This document shows positions 54,328-64,000 of a stretch of DNA of 64,000 nt, piece after piece (the first letter of the stretch is position 1; each line of letters starts with the position of its first letter). The DNA is from Yuukianura sp. NJ FZ-2021 (Eukaryota). The notes under the pieces are model-generated. The model was not told the origin of the DNA. It worked only from the letters and a program-made list of their open reading frames with translations, and searched no databases. Where the stretch lies: NCBI GenBank assembly GCA_046563655.1, contig CM102286.1, positions 3,658,001-3,722,000 on the forward strand, given 5' to 3'. The position numbers and the translations under genes are program-made.

Positions 54328-56434
54328 ATGGCGACCATTACACTGGCGGAAACCAAAGTAGTCCAGGAGGTAAACTTTCAAATCTTGTTACCGAGTCGGT
54401 AGTTATATTTTGAAAGTTAGTTTGCATAAAACTATGGTTTCAGCTATTTTGATTTATTTTAAAGTTTCGAGCGAAAGTAAAAGACCTAAACTTAGAAAAT
54501 GCGCCGGACACATACATGTTAAGGTGGCTTCGTGGTAAGGATAAGAGTAACGTTCATAGCATTATAGTTGACTACCTAAACTAATATTTTGTTTCTCGTT
54601 TAAGTTCGGGGCATGAATGTTACTGCAGCGGAAGAAATGCTCAGAAAGGTAGACAAACGGCAATACTACAAATATTAAATAATACTTTGTATTATAAATA
54701 TCACCATTAAGAGTATTACATCTAGTTTATTTCTAATGTTTACAGCACGTACAATGGCGAAAGGATGAGGATTTGGAACACATTCTAGATTGGGTACCTC
54801 CTCCAACCTTTAGCGAAGACTACAAATACTATATTTCGGGACCCGACAGTGATGGAAATCCTAGTAAGATTACGCATATCATATTAAATGTTGGTACAGC
54901 ATTATGGTAATTTGGTTTTATGATCCGGTACGCATCACGTTTTGTCCTTGTAGGCCTAGGCCTAGTGGCATATCCCGCTGAAAAAGCTAACGTCATCTTT
55001 CTCGTTTTTTTTTGAAAATTTAGTACTGATTCTCCCCTTTGGAACTTGGGACAATCGGAAAACTTTGAAAAGCAACAGACATGGAATGCGAGCGGCGTAT
55101 CTCAGACACTATGATCAAATATTTTCAAAAGCTTGTGCAAAAAAGGAAGGGTTCTCAACCGAACTTGGACGCGAAATAACGCAATTCACATTTATTGTGG
55201 ACTATGAACATCTTTCCATGGGCCAACTAGCGTCACCTACTTGTTTGTTTTTTGCATTAAAATTTTGATGAAATTTCTACTGGGCGTCTCCTTACAGTGC
55301 TATTCTGTTGTTTTCTAAGGTGTCGGTGCATACATAGAAACGCTCAAACGGTTTGAAGCCCACTACCCAGACTGTTTGTCCCAGTTTTACTTCATAAATG
55401 GTATGTACGCCAAGAAGCTATTCCTATTTTTGGGTGAATATAATGTTTGTAACTCATGTTTTAGCAAACCGAGCTTTCCAAATTTTGTTTGCCGCGCTTA
55501 AACCATTCTTTTCTACTGGGACACTTGGGAAATTAGAAATTTACGGGAGTCCAGATAAATGGATTCCAGTTCTCACGTCACGCTTTCCCGGAGGTCAGCT
55601 TCCTCTGAAATACCGCGAATTGCAAAAAGTGGGTCAAAAACACACTTTAAAACTCATTTCCAAAACTAGCTGAAAATTATGTACCCGTTCTGTGTTTGAA
55701 CAGACTTCTAAAGGAAACTGTGCACCAGAATCCATGGATGAAAATGAAATGGCGTGCCTTCAAGTAGCGGCTGGAGAAACTTGTAAACACGAATTTAGTG
55801 TGAAAAAAGCAAATAGCACGTTGAGGTAAAACTAGATATCCTGATAAAAAAAAGAATTTTCGCAGTTGGTTAAACGTACAACATTTCAACACGTAAAGTG
55901 TTGTGTATGGGAATCACCTCATAGGTTCAAAAGAAGAATTGCTTCTAAAAGCATTCATTCTAAGGTGTTAAAAAACATGTTTTTTAGGAGTAATTTTTAG
56001 AAACTTTTTTATAGAAGCAATTTACTTAAACAATGGCATTGATCACCAATCACGAAATGAATACTAACTTATGAAAAGTAGGGAAATAGCGTCAAAAGTT
56101 GGTTTACAAAATACAGTACCAAGCTTCTGTTTTCTTATTGGTCAGATGGTTGTTTCGAACTGAGGCGAACGACATTGCATTTGCTGTGTTTTTCGGAAAA
56201 GATGAACTTGTTAGGAACAAACGATATGAAGCAAGTCAAATTCCGACCAAGGGATCTCTAGTCTGCCATAATACGGGAGATTGTATGTTTTTTTTAATTT
56301 AACAGTACTCGTTTAAGTTTATTGAAATAGCATTGTTTTCTGTTTTTTTAGATGTACTCCACTTTGATAACAGTTACAGTCGACTGAACGGGAAAACGGT
56401 ATTCTACAATGTGGAGGTCACCGAACCGGAGTGA
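54328..56434 (+). CDS. SEC14-like protein (CRAL-TRIO + GOLD), tandem copy A
   Basis: YMLRWLR, WRKDEDLEHIL, FEAHYPD, and GOLD exons WLFRTEANDIAF and LHFDNSYSRL. Confidence 0.88.
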
Positions 56435-57057
56435 ACTTTCTTTAAATTTTATATCAATCTGTATGATAAAATACAGTAACAAAAATGAAAATTCATCCTT
56501 CAATTATTCATTTAATAAATGCAATTCATTTACACACTAATTTTGTTTTTCCGAAACCGTGAACTGTAACTCGTTTTGGATATTTCTACATATTGAGATC
56601 TAGTATTTAATTGGATTGAGATTTCTTTTTCAAAATGGATCATTCTCTTCCAACAATTTTGTGATAACTGGATGACCTTGTCAAGCTACGAATTTTCTTA
56701 TAATTTGATAGTTACTTAGAAACGACGAGGAAAATGTTGTATATTCGTCTTGGTTAACTGACAGTTTTTGGAACAAAAACTTACTTTTGTGGTTATAATC
56801 TTTATGCTGTTGTTTGACGAGGCTAAAGAGGAGGCTAAAGTTAACAAATGTTTTGTTGGGCAAGACGTGGTTGCAATAATGCTCTGTTGCTTGTTGTAGC
56901 GAGGATTATGTAAAAACTAGTTTACGTTCCTGTTTTACTGGAATGGATGCTCCCTTCTACAATTTTTAACATATACTAAACAATTCACACAGCAGTAAAT
57001 CACCAGCCTAGAAAATAGCACAATATTCCACAATTGCGAAGCTTGGGTTAACCCAAA

Positions 57058-58434
57058 ATGGTCACCGCTACACAAACAGAACTGAAAATTCTAAAGGAGG
57101 TGAGAATTTTGTATTTTTAATTCGTTTTGTCCAATTTGTGTTCCTCAAATTTTAGAAATTGCCTTCTAATATTGCATGCTAATAGGGTAACTTCTATATA
57201 ACTTCTTTTCTAAATTCACAGTTTCGAATGAAAGTAATGGACTTAAACCTAGAAAATGCAACGGACTTGTTCATGATGCGTTGGCTTCGTGGTACGTATT
57301 AGAGTCGAATGTACAACATGATCCTCTGTATATGTATAAAGTTATGTTTACACTAATTACCTGATTTTAAAAATTCATGAATTATATTATAACTAAAGCA
57401 TATTTTTCGAACGCATAAGCTCGGGACATGAATATTACTGCAGCGGAAGAAATGTTAAGAAAGGTTAGACGTTGATTTTTGTATTTCTAATTCTATGTAA
57501 CTTCTTTACGTGTGTCATTATTATATCTAAGTAGTAATTATAAATGTGCAACTATGAAATGTTTCCAGCACTTGCAATGGCGAAAAGATGAGGATATGGA
57601 CCATATTCTAGAATGGGTTCCTCCTCCAAATTTTAACGAAGACTACCCTTATACCATTTCAGGACCCGACAACGATGGACATCCTAGTAAGCATATAACG
57701 TAGGATATTACAATAACTATTGGTAAATTCAGTTAGCAACGCATTTTGTTTCGTAGTATTTCTTTCTTTCTCTTTTTTGTTTTTCAAAAATTCAGTTCTG
57801 ATTCACCCTTTTGGAAAATGGGACGTACGCAAAATATTCAAAAACGACAAAACGGCCTTACGGGCAGCTTGGCTTAGATACACGGAGCAATCATTTGAAA
57901 GAATTATTGCAAAAATGCAAGAGGTGTCTTTGGCACTTGAACGTGAAGTCACCGAATATACATTCATTGTCGACTTCGCAGATCTCTCCATGCGCCAACT
58001 AGCGTCACCCTCATGTTTGTCTTTGGAAAAATATATTATTATCGTAAAAATATTTTACCATGTTTTTACCTGATAATGTCATTTCTATTTATTCTAAGGT
58101 GTCGGTGCGTTGTTAGAATTTTCCAGGCGATTCGAAGCCCATTACTCAGATATAGTGTTTCAAGTATACTTCTTAAATGGTATATGTAATACATTGCATC
58201 GGACGTGACAAATAACGGCGATTTTGGAAAGAGTTTAACTTATGATTTATTCCAGTAAACCGAGCCTTCCAAGTCCTTTTTGCCATGATTAAACCATTTC
58301 TTTCTGCAAGCACAATTGGGAAAATAGAAATTTATGCGACCCCAGAAAAATGGCTCCCAGTTCTTACCTCACGCTTTCCCGGAGATCAACTTCCCGTGGA
58401 ATATCGAGGAGTCCAAAAAGTCAGTACCCCTTAA
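57058..58434 (+). CDS. SEC14-like protein, tandem copy B, lacking GOLD exons (truncated or pseudogene)
   Basis: Exon-by-exon paralogy with copy A through PGDQLPVEYRGVQK. No GOLD exons occur before the next gene, and read-through gives TAA at 58432-58434. Confidence 0.75.
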
Positions 58435-60117
58435 AATACTATAATTAAAATACCTTTAAAACTTATTCAAATAAGAACTACCAATGATCGCGATGTAAAG
58501 TTTGTATAATCATTCTATAAATATTTTTTTGAATCGAACTAAAAAAAAATAATTGTTTAGGTCTTGCATTAAAAACAAGAATTCTTCAAATATTCAATTA
58601 TTGAGTTGTCTTAACCGTTTATAACATGCACTGTCCGAAACTCTGAAAAATTCAAATTGCCTTTATCAACCGTTCTGAATCCAATGCTATGAGGAAAACT
58701 AGTAACTATTCAGTTTCATGCGAATTCATTTTTTCAGAAAATTTTTTCTCGATGGGAACATGTCGAAATAATCTACGTGGACTGGATGACCTCGTGAGAC
58801 GCGAATTTATTGCCTCCGTTTTTTTTCTATTTGTTGTTCTTGGAAACAACAAAGGAAACTAGTTCCTGATAAGTATAGAACTTTATGAACTTCAGCAGAA
58901 TTTTAGCTGTTAGTAGTTTATTATCAACATCAGTTCAAATTAGTCAAATCTTAAGCAGTGTAAAGACAAAGAGTGGCAAGATCGAGCAAAATGGCAGCAC
59001 CTACTAAGGCGGAGCTGGAAGTCGTCAAGAAGGTAAATTTAATGATAAAAGCATTTGGCAAATCTTTTTTGAAAACGTTCCAACACCTCTAGCATTTTTC
59101 TTGTGTAAAATTGTTGTTGTATTCAGTTTCGGGCGAAAGTAAGTGACCTGGGACTTGACAAGGCCACTGACTTGTACATGTTGCGATGGTTGCGAGGTCA
59201 GTTTCTTTTCGTAAAAGTTATATTTTGTCATAATGTTTTGTAAAATTTCTAGAATTCCGAAAGTTTTTTGTTTTGTAACAGCACGGGACTTGAGTATACC
59301 TGCATCGGAAGATTTACTAAGAAAAGTAACCTTCTCAGCCTTAATTTGTTTTTGGGATTACAGATAATTTGCTTTACTTAACTGTTTATGTGTAGCACTT
59401 GCAATGGAGGAAGGAAGAAGATTTAGACAAAATCTTAGAGTGGGTTCCCCCAGAAAATTTTATGAAAGACTACACCTATCAAATTACCGGAAGCGACAAC
59501 GAAGGACATCCAAGTAATTTATATATAATTTGCAGGATACTGCGGCTTTAAACGCTCGAATTTTCCCCAATTTTAGTTCTTATAATTCCCTTTGGCGAAT
59601 GGGATGTGCGCAAAATCATGACTTCTGGAAAACCAGGAATGAGAGAAGCATGGTTGAGACACATTGACCAAATTTTTGCAAAACTTTTCGAAAGAATGGA
59701 AGAGATGACCGTGAAATATGGACACGAGGTCACCCAGTGTGTTTTCATTGTCGACTTTGCAGGTTTTTCCATGCGCCAACTCACCTCGTTTGCAAGTTTG
59801 TGAAAACCAACATTCCTAGAGATATTTAAGAATTTTTTCGAATAAATGTGCTTATGCTTATATCGTAACATTTTTTTTATAGATGTCAGCACCATTTTGG
59901 AAGCCGTGAAACGATTTGAGGCTAACTACCCTGAAATATTATTTCAATTCTACTTCATAAATGGTTAGTAAAGTTTTAAAACTTGACGAAAACATTCAAA
60001 ATAAGAATGTATTGTATAAACTTTTTGATCACCTTTAGCATTCCGTGTTTTTCAAATGTTTTTCGCATTGATGAAACCACTTCTGTCTCCAAGGACGGTT
60101 GGTAAACTGGAAATATA

Positions 60118-61074
60118 CTACTGGGTCTCCCCAGACCGACGAAAAAAAAATGAGATTGTGCAGCTTTTCCATTTTGATGCACCAAAAAAAAACAGGTTTC
60201 TTTGGCGATGTACAATTTTTTAAGGCCACTTCCCACACCTTTTTTTTGCGCGTTTCAGAATAAATAGGGTCGAAGGAAAAATGGATAATTGCAACGAAAT
60301 TGTAACACTAATTGTTTGTGTAATGAACAAATGTGGCTGGGACGGTTCCTCATGCATTGAGAAGAAGACTATCTCTGAGATAGTCGGAAACAACGTAATT
60401 ATTTACAAAGATAACGACGAAGTACTGTCAAAATCCGAGTTGGTGTATTCCGTGTTGAGTAAGTCATATAAAACGTTGTTGATAGTTAAGCTTCATTCCT
60501 TCATTTTTCAACCTAATGACGTCATACTTTTGCTTACAGTTTTCCTAGTTGCTCTTATCTTGTACGCCTGTGTACGTCGGCTGGCATGTTGGCTTTGCTG
60601 CAGCAGGGGTTAGTCAATTGTTTTCAGAAATCAATTACAAAAGGATTAATTTTAGTTTTTATTGTTAAGCTTTGCTTCCGACGACAATTACGACAAGCCG
60701 GCAGCGTCAGCCACCGACATTTCCAGCATTACCTCCTGCTGTACGTTATCCTGCTCTTCCACCTAATCTGCCATCAATTCCGATCACCATTCCTCCTCTT
60801 AATCGTACCCCCCCTCCTCCAGCATTCCTCAAGCCGGATTTAGAATTCGATACTGGAACTACTGGAAGGAATAATTCTTACTCGCTTGTAAATTTTCTCA
60901 AACAACTGTTCTCAGTCACGGTTAGGAAATGTAAGTGTAATCCGGCCTTAGCATAAATATTTTTTCGGTAGATTTTGTGAAACTCGGGGTGATTTTGGAA
61001 AAGTTGTTTGTTTTTTGGTTGAAACGCGATGCACAATCTCATTTTTTTTTCGTCCGTCTGGGGAGACCCAGTAG
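60118..61074. mobile_element. Non-autonomous TA-target (Tc1/mariner-class) TIR element carrying a cargo gene
   Basis: 45-bp TIRs CTACTGGGTCTCCCCAGAC(C/G)GACGAAAAAAAAATGAGATTGTGCA with 1 mismatch. TA TSD at 60116-60117 and 61075-61076. Confidence 0.92.
60281..60956 (+). CDS. Passenger gene inside the TIR element: predicted 177-aa single-pass membrane protein with a Cys-rich juxtamembrane region and Pro-rich tail
   Basis: Exons 60281-60458, 60540-60608 and 60670-60956 with GTAAGT/CAG and GTTAGT/AAG junctions, both phase 1, giving a 534-nt open frame. Confidence 0.6.
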
Positions 61075-62386
61075 TACACGTCACCGGATAAATGGCTTCC
61101 TGTGTTAACGTCGCGTCTTCCAAAAAACCAACTTCCAAAGGAACTTGGAGGAATGCAACCAGGCCGACGTGTAAACTTCAGATTGTTCATGCTTTAAAAT
61201 TTGATTTATTTTTTTTCCTCTATAATTTATAAGAAACTATTTATAACTGTACGGACAGGTTTCTACTGGAAGTGCACTCACATTGGACACCGCGCACTTG
61301 GATGAAGGTGAAATGGCGACTGTCGAAATTTCAGCAGGAGAAATTTGTAAATTAGACTTCCCTGTGGTAACGCCTAAAAGTATTTTGAGGTATTTTTTCA
61401 AGATCGAATTACTTTTTTTATTATCCAAAATAATAACTTATATTTTATTTTATGTGTAAGCTGGAACTTTAAGCTTGAGGCTCACGACATAGGATTTTCA
61501 GTACGGTTGGGAGAAACCGAACTTATTGAGGCGAAACGGTATGACGCTAGCGGTGGACTAGTTACAGGGACGCTCACCTGTGATATCGCAGGAGACTGTA
61601 GGCAAAAATCAAAACTACAAATTTCAAAACAATTTCAACAACACATCTCTGTTAAATTCAAAAGTGATTCCTGTTAAACTCAAGAAATTTGTTTTTAGAC
61701 ATGCTGAACTTTGATAACAGCTACAGCCGGATGAGAGGAAAAACTGTTTTCTACACTGCGGAGGTAATTGAACCGGAAATGAATGAAAAATCAGGCTAAC
61801 TAAAAATGTACCAGTTTTCATGGAGTGCAACACAAAATAAACATTTTTAACCATATTTGGTGTAAAAATTATTTGAATTCAAATCGACTACTCAACACTT
61901 TGTATACGTAACATTTCTTTTGTTACTACAGTTAGTAGGTTTAAGATGGTTTCTTAACCTGTCTCTCTCGCTGTAAAATAAATAAACTTATATTTGACGC
62001 AGTAATTATAATTTTTTCAAAGGTTCATCCAATTAAGAAAGTTAATTAAGAACCATTGTTAGCAACTTTAATAGCAAAAATGTGGACTGTAATTAAGATG
62101 GGTGTTCTTAAGATTATCGGAACTGGTATTCAATTATATGTGATTTTGTTTTTAATTGGAATGCGAAACGTTTTGAAGCAGTTGTATTTAGTTTGGATGA
62201 CCTTGCCCGACCTATTTTTTTAATTTTGCTCGTGGAAACAGCGAAACTAGTTTCTTTTACAATGGAACTAATCGAAACCAAGTTGGATAACCCTGCAGCA
62301 TTATCTTATAAATATCACTTGCACGTATCGCTTGGCCAATTTGAAACTCGCTGAAAAGCAAAACCAAACAGTGAGAGTACTGCAAA

Positions 62387-64000
62387 ATGGCAGACCCTAC
62401 TCCGGCAGAGCTCAAAGTCCTGGAGCAGGTAAACTTTTATAAAATTGCTTGAAGTTGTTATGAACATTTTTCTTTTGTTTTAATTTATTTTATACAAAAA
62501 ATTTGCTTCCTTAGTTTCGGGAGAAAGTGAGTGATCTGGGACTTGAAAATGCATCTGATCTGTACATGCTGCGCTGGTTGCGAGGTGATTTTCTATAAAC
62601 ACTTTTCAGTCACACATTTTTCAAAAAAATTTTTTTTCTATTTTGTTTTGTTCTCACTAACAGCACGAGACTTGAGTATACCCGAATCCGAAGATTTGCT
62701 CAGAAAGGTGGAGTTTTCTTAATTTTTTAAATTTTAAACTAATACATAGTTTTGTTTAAGAGTTTCTAATGAATTTGTTTATGATTAGCACTTACAATGG
62801 AGAAAGGCAGAAGATGTGGACAACATTTTAGAATGGGTTCCCCCTGAAAATTTTTACGAAGATTATAGGTTTCAAATCACAGGAAGTGACAATGAGGGAC
62901 GCCCAAGTAATATTACATTTTTTTATTTTTTACGTCATTAAATTTTTTCAAAAGCTCAAAAACTTACCAAAATTTCAGTCCTTGTTATGGAATTTGGTAA
63001 ATGGGATGTGCGCAAAATCCTGACTTCTGGAAAACCAGGAATGAGGGAAGCATGGTTGAGATACATTGACCTAATGTTTGCAAAAGTTTTCGTAAAAATG
63101 GAAGAGATGTCGTCGAAATGTGGACATGAGGTGACCCAGTGTATTATCATTGTGGACTATGCAGAATTTTCCATGCGCCAACTGTCCTCATTTGCAAGTT
63201 TGTAGTCATAATACTTTATTTTAAAAAAAAATCTTAAATTTTATAATTTTCTTTGAAAATAGGATTTAATGAAGTTTAAAGCTGTGCATCTGCTTCCATA
63301 CTAATTTTTTTCTTCCAGATGTTAGCGCATTTATGGAATGTGCAAAGCGGTTTGAATCCAACTACCCTGAGATATTATATACATTCTACTTTATAAATTG
63401 TGTGTGTAAAATTTAAACCATGCCTGAAAGAAATCCAATGGTTGGAATATATTGTAGAAAATAATTTTTTTTGAAAATACTTTGTTTAGCATTCCGTGTG
63501 GTCCAAGTTTTTGTTTCATTGGTAAAACCGCTTCTGGCAGCAAGAACGGTTGGTAAAATTGAAGTGTACACAACACCAGACAAATGGCTTCCAGTGCTTA
63601 CATCGCGTCTTCCAAAAGATCAGCTTCCATTGGAACTTGGAGGCACGCAAACTGGACAGAACGTAAATTTAAAATTTTTCAACAAAATAAAAACTTTAAT
63701 CTCTATTCTGTTTCCATCCTTTCTTAAAAAATTGTATGCTTTGTATAGGTTTCTACTGAAAAATCAACGAAATTACACACTGCGCAAACGAATGAAGACA
63801 AAATGTCATCAGTCAAAATTTCGGCGGGAGAAATTCATAAATTAGAAATCCCTGTGCCAAAGCCTAAAAGCATACTGAGGTAACATAATTGTACTTGCTC
63901 GGTTCGGAAACTCATTTTTTTTAGTTTCATTGAAATTGAAGTTTGTATGTTTATATTATATTTTGTTTCGTCAGTTGGGCATTTCAACCGGAAGCTCACA
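62387..64000 (+). CDS. SEC14-like protein (CRAL-TRIO + GOLD), tandem copy D, partial at the window end
   Basis: YMLRWLR, FESNYPEIL, RLPKDQLPLELGG and the start of the GOLD exons. Runs off the right edge. Confidence 0.88.

Larger units (their letters stand above)
58991..61799 (+). pseudogene. SEC14-like protein (CRAL-TRIO + GOLD), tandem copy C, with a coding exon interrupted by a TIR element
   Basis: Full exon set present. The sequence GKLEIY|TSPDKW is split by the 957-bp insertion at 60118-61074, whereas copy D reads GKIEVYTTPDKW without a break. Confidence 0.85.

Noticed and set aside
59976..61190. Minus-strand ORFs overlapping the TIR element as a possible transposase
   Set aside because: They are short, lack DDE/HTH motifs, and come from the TIRs and antisense SEC14L exons.

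Overview
Eukaryotic, AT-rich DNA with many short GT-AG introns. The gene content (expanded SEC14-like genes, a divergent ionotropic-receptor-like gene, an F-box gene, a projectin-like gene) points to an arthropod, possibly a springtail; that is an inference. Bases 1-22.9 kb are a near-perfect 59-bp satellite of about 388 copies that stops abruptly next to gene-dense sequence. The genes are: an intronless cytochrome b561; two HACL1 (2-hydroxyacyl-CoA lyase) copies, one 3'-truncated; a minus-strand 6-exon model fusing EF1-beta in frame to an F-box protein; a small secreted orphan; integrin beta; a SEC14/CRAL-TRIO gene with a signal peptide; an IR-like gene; a kinase-less mini projectin/twitchin-like gene; and four tandem SEC14L genes. 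Five inverted-repeat elements were also found. The most interesting observations are (1) the EF1-beta/F-box chimera, (2) a TA-flanked TIR element inside a SEC14L exon that carries its own spliced 3-exon passenger gene, and (3) HACL1 apparently retargeted from peroxisome to mitochondrion. Gene models were built by eye from splice signals and reading frame, with no database searches.
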